Under the pieces are notes generated by a model that made no database searches, was not told the DNA's origin, and saw nothing but the letters and a program-made list of their open reading frames with translations. Position numbers and translations under genes: made by a program. A stretch of 64,000 nucleotides of DNA from an uncultured delta proteobacterium (GTDB taxonomy: Bacteria; Myxococcota_A; UBA9160; UBA4427): positions 1 through 64,000 of the forward strand of contig CAWGJT010000014.1 in the NCBI GenBank assembly GCA_963822965.1, in the 5' to 3' direction. This document shows, in pieces, positions 53,135-62,389 of the stretch. Each line of letters starts with the position of its first letter. Position 1 is the stretch's first letter.

Positions 53135-53902
53135 TCAGGGGCGGAGCGCCTCTTCCGCCGCGCCCGGCGGGCGGAGCGCTTCCTCTGCGAAGCTCGCAAC
53201 TCCGGGTACACCGTCGCGATCCCCCGTCAACAGCTTCTTCGCGGCGGCGACGTCGACTCCCGCGCCGAGCTCCAACCGGTATACCCCGAGCTGGCTCGGA
53301 CCGCTCGTGATGCGCGCCCCGATGACCCGCAGCGCCTGCTGGATCTGGGCGGCCCGGGCGTCCCCGCGGAAGACCACGTCCAGCCGCACGGCGTCCGGGC
53401 TCCCGGCGGCGGCCGTCGGCGGGCCGGTGTCGCTCGCCGTTCGGTAGACGGGCGGTGTCGCCCGCTCGCCGCGCAGCACCGGACCCAGCAGCACGCCGGC
53501 CACCAGGGCCAGCAGCACGGACGCGGCCAGGGCCGCTGCGCGCACGGGCTCGATCCGGCGCCAGCCCCGGGTGTGCCGGGGCGTCCGGGCCTCGTGCCGC
53601 GCGTCCCGCGCTGGCTCGCCGGCCGTCGGCTCGCCCTCGTGGCGCACGCCGCCGTCGGTACGGCTCGATTCCATGCGGGCCAGCACCCGGGCGTAGACCC
53701 GTTCGGGATCCGGTGCCGGAGCGCTCGGCTCTTCCTGGCCCTGGAGGAAGCCGATCTCGTGACGACAGGCTTCGCAGCCGGCAGCGTGGGCCTCCACGGC
53801 GCCTCGTTGCGCCTCCTCGAGACCGTCGGGGTACCAGGGAATCCAGCCGAGCACGTCCTGCGGGCAGTCGGGCGGGGGCGGCACGGTTCGTTCGGGGCTC
53901 AT
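53135..53902 (-). CDS. ZAS-type (zf-HC2) transmembrane anti-sigma factor with periplasmic ferredoxin-like domain
   Basis: IPWY..GL....R.AVEAHAAGCEACR, TM AAALAASVLLALVAGVLLG, VYRTAS, LDVVF...IGARITSGPSQLGVYRL. Confidence 0.85.
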   Translation of the reverse strand: MSPERTVPPPPDCPQDVLGWIPWYPDGLEEAQRGAVEAHAAGCEACRHEIGFLQGQEEPSAPAPDPERVYARVLARMESSRTDGGVRHEGEPTAGEPARDARHEARTPRHTRGWRRIEPVRAAALAASVLLALVAGVLLGPVLRGERATPPVYRTASDTGPPTAAAGSPDAVRLDVVFRGDARAAQIQQALRVIGARITSGPSQLGVYRLELGAGVDVAAAKKLLTGDRDGVPGVASFAEEALRPPGAAEEALRP

Positions 53903-54480
53903 GGGCGTCGTCCCGGAAGCGCGCTGGAGCTGCTCGTGCGCAGGCGGGCCCGCGCGCGGGAGACCCGGGTCTTGACCGTGTTTTCCGACACACCGAGGTG
54001 TTCGGCGATCTCCGTGTAGCTCCAGCCCTCGAGGATCGAGAGCTCCATCACCTGTCGCTGGCTCTCGGGCAGCCGCTCGATGGCGCGCAGCGCCTCGCGC
54101 ACCGCCTCCCGGGACACGAGCTCGTCGGCGGGCGTTCCGTCGCCGGCGAACTGGTGCAGCGTCTCGACGTTGGTCGGGACCACCGAAGCGATCCGCTTGC
54201 TGCTGCGATGGCGCACGGCGCTCAGGGTCTTGAAGTGCGCGATTCCGAAGATCCAGGTCGAGACCAGGGACTCGCCGCGGAAGGCGTCGGCGCTGCGCCA
54301 GATCTCGAAGAACACGTCCGCCACCACCTCCTCGGCCAGGGAGTCGTCCCCGAGCCTTCGCCGTACCATGCCGAACACGCGACGGTAGTAGCGGTCGAAC
54401 AGGGCCCGGTGGGCGGCGACGTCCTGGCTCCGCGCGATCCGCGCGACGCGCTCGCGATCGTCGGCGTCGGTGTCACTCAC
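53899..54480 (-). CDS. ECF RNA polymerase sigma factor
   Basis: LFDRYYRRV, AEEVVADVF, STWIFGIA, LPESQRQV, SYTEIAEHLGVSENTVKTRVSRAR. Confidence 0.93.
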   Translation of the reverse strand: MSDTDADDRERVARIARSQDVAAHRALFDRYYRRVFGMVRRRLGDDSLAEEVVADVFFEIWRSADAFRGESLVSTWIFGIAHFKTLSAVRHRSSKRIASVVPTNVETLHQFAGDGTPADELVSREAVREALRAIERLPESQRQVMELSILEGWSYTEIAEHLGVSENTVKTRVSRARARLRTSSSSALPGRRP

Positions 54481-54620
54481 GGCATGTCCCTCGCTCTCGG
54501 GTGCCAGTGTGCGGCGGGCGGGGAAGGCCCGCCGCAGGTCCATGGGGTCAGTCGCGCCCGACCGGGCTCCGGTGTCGGGATTCGACGTTCTCTCGTGGCC
54601 CCCCTCGGGGTGGCCCAGGC

Positions 54621-54710
54621 GGGTCGAGTGCCAGGGGGTCGAGTGTCAGGGGGTCGGGTGCCAGCGGGTCGGGCGTCAGGGGGTCGGGCGTGAGGGGGCC
54701 GAGTGTCAGG
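54621..54710. repeat. 15-bp G-rich tandem repeat GGGTCGRGYGYCAGG x6
   Basis: Units at 54621, 54636, 54651, 54666, 54681 and 54696. The last contains the stop of the upstream gene. Confidence 0.9.
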
Positions 54711-55110
54711 GGCGGGCGCCCGGCAGCCCGGGCGGCAGGCTCGGCACCGGCTCGGGCTCGACGAAGGCCGGTCCCCGGGTGGACGAGCAGTCGCCGGGAT
54801 GGTCGCAGAGCTGGGGTGTGGGCGGCGCCGGCAGCGATGGGATCGGCAGCGGCGCCGCGCCGGCTCCCAGGCCCGCGGCCACCTGGACGGGAACGAAGCG
54901 CAGGGCCGGCGGGCCGCTGATGTCGAAGTCCGTGGGATCGCTGCCGCGCTCCAGCGCCCGGGGCCTGGCGCACTCGCCGGGCGGCGCGAGCCGGGCCCGA
55001 GCCGCCTCGGTGGCGCGGGCGCTGGCCTCGGCGTCGTCCGCGCGCGCGGCGGCCAGGGGACACGCCGCGACGAGCGCCGCCAGCAAGAGGATCTTCGTCG
55101 AAGCGCTCAC
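54706..55110 (-). CDS. Small secreted Pro-rich protein (134 aa)
   Basis: GTG overlapping the upstream TGA. Signal ILLLAALVAACPLAAARA. CDHPGDC motif. Confidence 0.65.
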   Translation of the reverse strand: MSASTKILLLAALVAACPLAAARADDAEASARATEAARARLAPPGECARPRALERGSDPTDFDISGPPALRFVPVQVAAGLGAGAAPLPIPSLPAPPTPQLCDHPGDCSSTRGPAFVEPEPVPSLPPGLPGARP

Positions 55111-56815
55111 TCGCCCAGGCTCCCCTGCAGGTGAAGGCCCACGACGTGGCGGTGGTAGTCGAAGACCGCGGCGGTGGACTCGTTGTGATCGTAGCTCCAG
55201 TCGAGGGAGAGGCGCAGATGCTCGCCGAGCGCGCGGCCCAGCGAGGCCCCCACCGTCCACTCGTGCTCGCGCCGGTCGGTGCCGGCGAGGGGATACTCCT
55301 GGTTGTTGCCGGTGGGCGGATCGGGGAACGTCGAGGGATGGCGGTAGGGGCGATAGGCGAAGCCGGCCTCCGCCTCGAGGGTCACCTCGTAGGGCAGCAC
55401 CGCCGAGATGCCCCAGCGGAGGGCGTGCTGCTGGAACGAGTACTCGCGCCCGCGCGCGTCGTACCACGCGTACTCGTAGCCCGCCCATGCACCCGGGGGC
55501 GGAGAGGCCGGGCAGGGCGGGGAGCGACACGTCGTGGCGGACGCCGGCCGCGACCTCCCAGCCGTCGCGGTTGCGCGCGGTGCCCTCGTCGAGGCCGGGC
55601 GGGCCGCACTCCACCGGCAGCCCGAAGCCCGGCACCGGGGGACATGGGTCGCCGGGGGTGCCGTCGCCGCCGGGCACGTCGAAGGTGTCGAAGCGGAAGT
55701 CGTCGCGTTGGTAGCGCAGGGAGAGACGCGTGCGTCCGGCACTCCGAAAGGCGCGGAAGAGCTGGCCTTCGAAGACGTGCTCGGCCAGGTAGGGGTCGCC
55801 GTCCACCCACGCGTATCCGAACTCGTAGCGGAGGCGGCCGACGGTGTCGTCCGTGAAGGGATGGTCGAGCCACAGGGACACCGTGGGATACTGGGTGTCG
55901 TACTGGTCCACCCGATCCTGCTTGGTGCCGTAGTAGCCGGCCATCAGGCCCGCCGTCCAGGCTTCGCTCTGGAACAGCACGGCGCCGGCCGACAGGGTCC
56001 ACACACCGCGCCAGTCGCCCTCGTCGCTGATGTCGTCGGGCAGCGGGACGCCGGACCCCCGCAGCACCACGTTCGAGTCGTACTCGGCTCCCAGGCTGGC
56101 CTTCAGCCACCAGGGGTGCCGGGGCGCGTCGAGACGGGCGAGGGCGCGGCTCGCCTCCTCGGCCCACGCCGTGTCGGGCCACTGCTGGACGACCCGCGTC
56201 AGTGCGGTGCGGGCGCGTTCGCGCTCGTCGATGCGTTCCAGCGCGAGCCCCTGATAGAAGGACGAGACGGGCTCGGCGTAGTCGGGGTCGAGACCGCGGG
56301 CGCGCTCCAGGGCCGCCACGCCGGCCTCGGTCTCGGCGTCGTCGAGCAGCAGCAGACCGCGATACAGCTGCACCGACGCCCGGTCGGGATCGCGGGCCTC
56401 CGCCCGGTCCAACGCCGCCCGGGCGTCGGCCGGATGGCCCAGCGTGGTAGTGCACCATGGCCAGCGAGACGTCGAGGCCCGGGAGCTCCGGTGCTCCCGC
56501 GCGCGGCCTGCTCGAGGGCCTCGAGCGCCTGGTCGTAGCGCTGCAGCCGGAGCAGACACTCTCCCGCGACGAGGCTCACCGCGGCGTCGGCAGGATCGGC
56601 GGCGCGCGCCTTCGCCAGCTCGGGGAGCGCGGCCTCGCAGCGGCCTTCCCGGGCCAGGCGAATGCCGAGGTCGTGCGCGGCGGCGTCCGGCGGCGGCGCC
56701 GCGGCGACTCCGCCCCCGAGCAGCAGTGCGAGCGCGACGATCACCCCGGCAGCACGACGGCGGCGGGGGCTGGCTCGGAATCTCGGCGCTCGGGACAAGC
56801 GGCACTCCGTCTCAT
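55107..56815 (-). CDS. TPR-repeat + outer-membrane beta-barrel protein (SLAM/DUF560-like), frameshifted
   Basis: Signal peptide, several TPRs, then SLGAEYDSNV and alternating aromatic beta strands to NESTAAVFDYHRHVVGLHL. Confidence 0.78.
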
Positions 56816-57564
56816 GCTCGGGCTCCGCGCGCCCGCTCGCGCCTGCGTTCCGCGGCGGCGAGCCCGGCCAGGGCGCCGCCCAGCAGCAGCCCCGTGGACG
56901 GCTCCGGCACCGACGTGTAGGACGCGGCCACCGCCAGCCCGAGCGGCGCCAGCAGCTCCGAGGCGTCCTGCACCACCAGCGGTCCGGCCACCACGTAGCG
57001 CACCAGGATCTCGGCCGACTCGCCGTCCGCGAGATCGGGCAGGGCGGCTGCGCCGTACACGTAGTCCGTACCGCCGGCCGAGTAGGCGAGCAGGCGCAGC
57101 AGGTCGGCGTCGAGCCCGATCGCCGGATCGCCCGGGTAGGTGTCCAGGGGGTCGAGCACCGTGAAGAGCAGCAGCGGGGCCAGCAGGGGGCCACCGCTCG
57201 CGTTCCGGAGGGTCCAGGTGGAATCGACGATGGCCGGGTCCTCGGGAGTGGCGACGCTCGGCAGCTGCTGGATCTGCGAGATCACCTGGGAGACGACGAC
57301 CACCGGTGCGCCCGAGGTGGGTCCCCCGGCGGCCAGGAAGAGGTCGGCCGGCGTGGCCGTCGCGTCGGGCGTGCGACCGATCGCCGCCACCGACGCGGGC
57401 GCGAAGCCCTGGCCTCCCGGGCCGTCGAAGAAGAGCGGGGTGACGTCGTCGATGGTCAGCGCGAACGCCGGCGAGGCGGCGAGCAGGCCGACGACGAGCG
57501 TCGCCCCCCAGGCGAGCAGCGCCCCCCGGAGGACCCGCCGCGCCCCGAGGATTCCGGTGTGCAT
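56812..57564 (-). CDS. PEP-CTERM protein
   Basis: Signal ending SPAFA. C-terminus SVPEPSTGLLLGGALAGLAAAERRR. Stop overlaps the ATG of the TPR/barrel gene. Confidence 0.9.
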   Translation of the reverse strand: MHTGILGARRVLRGALLAWGATLVVGLLAASPAFALTIDDVTPLFFDGPGGQGFAPASVAAIGRTPDATATPADLFLAAGGPTSGAPVVVVSQVISQIQQLPSVATPEDPAIVDSTWTLRNASGGPLLAPLLLFTVLDPLDTYPGDPAIGLDADLLRLLAYSAGGTDYVYGAAALPDLADGESAEILVRYVVAGPLVVQDASELLAPLGLAVAASYTSVPEPSTGLLLGGALAGLAAAERRRERARGARA

Positions 57565-57658
57565 GCGAAGCTCCACGGCCGCCGGGCGTCGTGCCCGGCT
57601 CCCTCGTGAAGTGGCACCTCGCGGCCGGATGTTGCGGAAAAGGGGGCTCCGGAACGGA

Positions 57659-57689
57659 GAATGGCCGGGGACGTGCGCCCCGGCCATTC
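57659..57689 (-). terminator. Perfect 12-bp hairpin downstream of the aldolase gene
   Basis: GAATGGCCGGGG-ACGTGCG-CCCCGGCCATTC. Confidence 0.55.
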
Positions 57690-57754
57690 CTGCGAGCGTC
57701 TCTCCGCGTTCTCGGCGGCGGTCGACGGCATCGGCGGTCTGCGCCGAGCGCCGA

Positions 57755-58726
57755 TCAGAGATCGGAGACGAGCTTGTCGTAGAAGCCCACGAAGTCGTAC
57801 TTCTCGTCTTCCTCGAGGACCGAGATCGCCGAGCGCGGGTGCTGGTTGAGCTGGCCGGTGATGTTGTACGGCACCAGGGCTCCCCACTCGTGCTTCTCGC
57901 GCAGCCCCACCATGTGGTCCTGCAGCAGCTGGTAGACGGGGCGCACCCGGTAGGCCGGGTTGCGCAGGAAGCCGATCAGCAGCTCCATCGGGCAGTTGCC
58001 GGCGCCGCGGCCCATGCCCATGGCGGTGGCGTCCACGCGGTTGGCGCCGTGGATGATCGGCCTCGATGGTGTTGGCGAAGGCGAGCTGCTGGTTGTTGTG
58101 GGCGTGGATGCCCACCTCCTTGCCGGTGCCCTCGAGCGCCTTGCGGTAGCGGTCGACGAGGCGCGCCACCTGCTCGCCGTAGAGCGAGCCGAAGCTGTCG
58201 ACCACGACGACCGTGCTGGCGGGCGTGTCCGCGCAGCACCTCGAGGGCCTGGTCGATCTCGGCGTCCTGGACGATCGAGATCGCCATGATGTTGCAGGCC
58301 ACCTCGTAGCCCTTCTGGTGGGCGTCGTTGATCATGTCCACGGCCACGGGGAGCTGGTGGACGTAGGTGGCCACCCGGATCAGGTCGAGGACGCTGTCCT
58401 TCTTGGGCAGGATGTCGGTGTGGTAGTCGGTCTTCTCGGCGTCGGCCATGGCCGAGAGCTTGAGCGGCGTGTCGTTGTCGCCGACGATGCGGCGCATGGT
58501 CGTCCTCGTCGCAGAACTTCCAGTCGCCGAACTTCGTCGGGGCGAAGAGCTTCTTCGAGCCCTTGTAGCCGAGCTCCATGTAGTCGATGCCGGCGTCGAG
58601 GCAGGTCTGGTAGACGGCCTTGACGAGGGCGTCGTCGAACAGGTGGTCGTTGATCAGACCGCCGTCGCGGACGGTGCAGTCGAGCACCTTCAGCTCGGGG
58701 CGGTAGGTGATCCACGGTGCGGTCAT
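57755..58726 (-). CDS. HMGL-like / 4-hydroxy-2-oxovalerate aldolase-like protein (frameshifted)
   Basis: VLDCTVRDGG, VDSFGSLY, GIHAHNNQQLAFAN, GMGRGAGNCPME. Confidence 0.87.
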   Translation of the reverse strand: MTAPWITYRPELKVLDCTVRDGGLINDHLFDDALVKAVYQTCLDAGIDYMELGYKGSKKLFAPTKFGDWKFCDEDDHAPHRRRQRHAAQALGHGRRREDRLPHRHPAQEGQRPRPDPGGHLRPPAPRGRGHDQRRPPEGLRGGLQHHGDLDRPGRRDRPGPRGAARTRPPARSSWSTASARSTASRWRASSTATARRSRAPARRWASTPTTTSSSPSPTPSRPIIHGANRVDATAMGMGRGAGNCPMELLIGFLRNPAYRVRPVYQLLQDHMVGLREKHEWGALVPYNITGQLNQHPRSAISVLEEDEKYDFVGFYDKLVSDL

Positions 58727-58871
58727 CGAAGGCTCCAGAACGCGGGTTGGGGGTCGAAGCCGGGCATTCTAGACCCACCCGGACGTGGTGGTCCAGCCAC
58801 CCCGAGGCCCGGTCGGCGTCGGCGGCGGTCGCGATCGCCCTTTCGATGCGCGGGGCCCCGCTACACTGCGA

Positions 58872-61067
58872 GTGGAGACCGAATTGGCCTTCACTTCTTC
58901 CCGGGATTCCGGCAGCTTCGAGCTCGATGCCCGCGGGTCGATCCCCGAGGGCGTGCCGTCGAGGTGGCTCGCGCGCGTGGTCGAGGCCACCGGCGCCGGC
59001 CTGTTGCCGGGTCTCGACGAAGGGGCGCCCCCGCCCCGCAGCGTCGACGAGCCGTCCTGCTGGCAGGAGGTGCTCGAGCAGGGCTGCGCCCACCACGCCC
59101 TGCGGCTGCGTGCGGTCTTCCTCTCGCCGCGCGAGGCTCTTGGGGCCGCCGGCGTCCGGACGCCGCTGGTGTGTCACGTCGCGCGGTCGGGCGGGCCGGG
59201 CTGGCTCGCGCTCCTGGAGCGGGTGCGTGGGCGCGTGCTCGCGGTGGCTCAGGACGGAAGCGAGCGCTGGCTGGACGCGCGCCAGCTCGCGACGCGGATC
59301 GGTGGGCCTGGGCCCGACACGGCGATGCCCTGGATGCTCGTGGAACCCCGGCGACCGGTCTGGGAGGCCAGCAAGCCCAGGCCCGGCGGGCGGCGACTCC
59401 CGCCGTTGACCCGGCTGGTCGGACTGGTGAAGCCCGATCGTACCGACGTCTCGTCGATCGTCCTGTATGCGATCCTGATCGGGGCGCTCACCCTCGCGAC
59501 ACCGATCGCAGTCCAGCAGCTCGTGAACTCGGTGGCCTTCGGTGGTCTCGTGCAGCCCGTCGTCGTGCTCGCGCTGCTGCTCTTCGGCGGGCTGGCCTTC
59601 TCGGCGCTGCTCTCTGTGCTCCAGGCCTACACGGCGGAGAAGATCCAGCGTCGGGTCTTCGTCCGAGTGGCGATGGATCTCGCCGAGCGTATCCCGCGCG
59701 TCGATCTCGGCGCCTTCGACACGAAGCACGGGCCCGAGCTCGTGAACCGCATCTTCGACGTCTTCACCGTGCAGAAGACCGGTGCAACGCTCCTGCTCGA
59801 GGGCACGACGGTCGTGCTCCAGACGGTCGTCGGTCTCGTGGTGCTGTCCTTCTATCACCCCCTGATGCTGGGCTTCAGCATCCTGTTGGTGGCCGGGATC
59901 GCGGTGGTGCTGCTGGTATTCGGTCGGGGCGCGGTGGACACCGCGATCGGCGAGTCCAGCACGAAGTACGCCGTGGTCGGATGGATGGAGGAGCTGGCGC
60001 GACACCCGGGGGCCTTCCGTGATCCGGGCGGCAGGCAGTACGCCGCCGAGCGCGTCGACCGCCTCGCCTCGGCTTGGGTGGGCGCCCGCCGCCGCCACTA
60101 TCGCATCGTGCTGCGTCAGCTCTCCGGCTCGCTCGGTCTCCAGGTGTTGGCGGGCACTGCGCTCCTCGCCCTGGGCGGCGGGCTCGTGGTGGCCGGCCAG
60201 CTCACCCTCGGGCAGCTCGTCGCCTCGGAGCTGATCCTCACGGCCATCGTCTCTGCCGTGGCGAAGCTGGGGAAGCAGCTCGAGAGCTTCTACGACCTGC
60301 TGGCCGCGGTGGACAAGCTGGGCGTGCTCTTCGACCTGCCGCTCGAGCGCGAGAGCGGGGGCCGACCCGTCGCGCGCCGCGGACCGGCGGGGATGGAGCT
60401 GCGGGATCTCGACTTCGGGTACGGATCCCGTCGGGTTCTGTCCGGCCTGTCCCTGAAGGTCGAGCCGGGAGACAGGCTGCTGGTCAGGGGTCCGGCCGGC
60501 GCGGGCCGTACCACCCTGTTCGAGCTCGTCCAGGGCCTTCGACAGCCGCAGGCCGGATTCATCGCGATCGACGGTCAGGACACCCGCGATCTGCTTCTCG
60601 ACGAGCTGCGCGATCTCGTGGTCTATGTGCACGCCCCCGAGATCTTCGCCGGCAGCGTGCTCGACAACATCCGGGTCACCGAGCCGGGACTCTCCACGGC
60701 GGTGGTCGATGACGCCCTGGAGCGCCTGGGGGTGCTGGACCGGATCCGGGCGCTGCCCGACGGGCTGCGTACGATGCTCGCGACCGACGGCGCCCCCCTC
60801 TCGGACGGTCTGATCGCGGCCATCATGCTCGCGCGGGCCATCGTGGCGCGTCCCCGCCTGCTGCTGCTGGACGACGCGTTCGTCCAGATCGAGGGGCCCG
60901 CACGTGCTCGCACGCTCGACACGGTCTTCGCGCCCGACGCGCCGTGGACGATCCTGGTGAGCTCGGAGAGGTCCGACGTGCGCGAACGATGTACGCGCGT
61001 CGTCGAGCTTCCACACGGCAACGACGTGAAGGCTCCGTCTCCCGCCGGCGGAATCGCACCGTGCTGA
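58872..61067 (+). CDS. Type I secretion-type ABC exporter (TMD + degenerate NBD)
   Basis: Six-TM ABC membrane domain (QLTLGQLVASELI) and NBD with GPAGAGRTT, LSDG, LLLLDD. Start approximate. Confidence 0.88.
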   Translation: METELAFTSSRDSGSFELDARGSIPEGVPSRWLARVVEATGAGLLPGLDEGAPPPRSVDEPSCWQEVLEQGCAHHALRLRAVFLSPREALGAAGVRTPLVCHVARSGGPGWLALLERVRGRVLAVAQDGSERWLDARQLATRIGGPGPDTAMPWMLVEPRRPVWEASKPRPGGRRLPPLTRLVGLVKPDRTDVSSIVLYAILIGALTLATPIAVQQLVNSVAFGGLVQPVVVLALLLFGGLAFSALLSVLQAYTAEKIQRRVFVRVAMDLAERIPRVDLGAFDTKHGPELVNRIFDVFTVQKTGATLLLEGTTVVLQTVVGLVVLSFYHPLMLGFSILLVAGIAVVLLVFGRGAVDTAIGESSTKYAVVGWMEELARHPGAFRDPGGRQYAAERVDRLASAWVGARRRHYRIVLRQLSGSLGLQVLAGTALLALGGGLVVAGQLTLGQLVASELILTAIVSAVAKLGKQLESFYDLLAAVDKLGVLFDLPLERESGGRPVARRGPAGMELRDLDFGYGSRRVLSGLSLKVEPGDRLLVRGPAGAGRTTLFELVQGLRQPQAGFIAIDGQDTRDLLLDELRDLVVYVHAPEIFAGSVLDNIRVTEPGLSTAVVDDALERLGVLDRIRALPDGLRTMLATDGAPLSDGLIAAIMLARAIVARPRLLLLDDAFVQIEGPARARTLDTVFAPDAPWTILVSSERSDVRERCTRVVELPHGNDVKAPSPAGGIAPC

Positions 61068-62389
61068 GCGAGCTGGCGACTCCGCGCCACGAGATCACGG
61101 CCCTGCAGCTCGTGGAAGGTCCGCGCGGGCTCCGGGTCTTCAGCGCGGTACTGGGCGGACTGATGCTCGCCGCCGTCGCGGTCCTGGTCGGGGCTCCCTG
61201 GCAGCAGAACGTGCCTGGAGTCGGACGCGTCGTCGCCTTCGACGCGTTCGACCGGATGCAGACCCTCGCGGCGCCGGTGAGCGGCCGCATCGACAAGGCC
61301 TGGGTGATCGAGGGCTCGCACGTGGAGCAGGGGGACCGCATCCTCGAGATCGTCGACAACGACCCCTCGATCCTCCGACGGCTCGAGGAGCAGCGCGCGG
61401 CGCTCGAGTCCCAGCTCGCCGCGGCACGCTCGAAGGTCGCGGTCCTGGACGACCAGGTGGAGGCGCTGTCCGGCGCTCGCGACCTCGGCGCGCAGGGTGC
61501 CGAGCGCGGTCTCGACGTCGCGCGGGCCGCGGCGGAGTCCGCACGCTTCGGGCTCGCCGCCACCCAGGCCGCCTACCAGCAGGCGAGGCTCAACTTCGAA
61601 CGGCATCGCGAGCTGGTTCAGGAGGGTCTCGCCTCCGGTCTCGAGTTCGAGGTCGCCGAGCGCAACTTCCGGGAGGCGGAGGCGCGCGTCGAGCAGGCTC
61701 GCCAGGCGCTGGCGGCCGCGCAGCACGACCGGGAGGCGAAGAAGGCCGATCTCGGGCGCGTGCGCGCCGAGGCGAACGCGCGCATCGAGTCGGGACGCGC
61801 GTCGCGCGAATCGGCCGAGGTCGAGGTGTCGGCACTCCAGGAGCGGCTCACGGCGCTCGACTCACGCATCGCCCAGCAGAACACACAGCTGATCAAGGCG
61901 CCTCGAGCCGGCACCGTCTTCCGGCTGTTCGCGAGTCCGGGTGCGGAGCTGGTGCGGGCCGGCGATCCGCTCCTGCAGCTCATTCCCGAGACCGAGAGCC
62001 GGGCGGTCGAGCTCTGGGTGGACGGCAACGACGTTCCGTTGATCGACGTCGGTCGCTCGGTTCGCCTTCAGTTCGAGGGCTGGCCGGCGGTCCAGTTCTC
62101 GGGCTGGCCCTCGGTGGCGGTCGGCACCTTCGGCGGCCGAGTCGCCCTGGTCGACAAGAGCGACGACGGCACCGGGCGCTTTCGCCTGGTCGTGGTTCCG
62201 GACGAGAACGACGTGCCCTGGCCCGAGGCGCGCTACCTGCGCCAGGGCGTGCGCGCGAAGGGCTTCGTGCTGCTCGATCGCGTGACCCTGGGGTACGAGC
62301 TCTGGCGCCAGGCGAACGGCTTCCCGCCCGCCGTCGCCATGAAGGCCGGCGACGCGGGGACGAATCCGACGAAGGGGGCCGGTGGATGA
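61061..62389 (+). CDS. HlyD-family membrane fusion protein
   Basis: PWQQNVPGVGRV, APVSGRI..V.EG, coiled coil, IKAPRAGTV, VRLQFEGWPA. Confidence 0.92.
   Translation: MLSELATPRHEITALQLVEGPRGLRVFSAVLGGLMLAAVAVLVGAPWQQNVPGVGRVVAFDAFDRMQTLAAPVSGRIDKAWVIEGSHVEQGDRILEIVDNDPSILRRLEEQRAALESQLAAARSKVAVLDDQVEALSGARDLGAQGAERGLDVARAAAESARFGLAATQAAYQQARLNFERHRELVQEGLASGLEFEVAERNFREAEARVEQARQALAAAQHDREAKKADLGRVRAEANARIESGRASRESAEVEVSALQERLTALDSRIAQQNTQLIKAPRAGTVFRLFASPGAELVRAGDPLLQLIPETESRAVELWVDGNDVPLIDVGRSVRLQFEGWPAVQFSGWPSVAVGTFGGRVALVDKSDDGTGRFRLVVVPDENDVPWPEARYLRQGVRAKGFVLLDRVTLGYELWRQANGFPPAVAMKAGDAGTNPTKGAGG

Noticed and set aside
57565..57640. Sigma-54 promoter upstream of PEP-CTERM genes
   Set aside because: GGCAC words are present, but there is no GG-N10-GC spacing on the coding strand. 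The same holds upstream of 11762.
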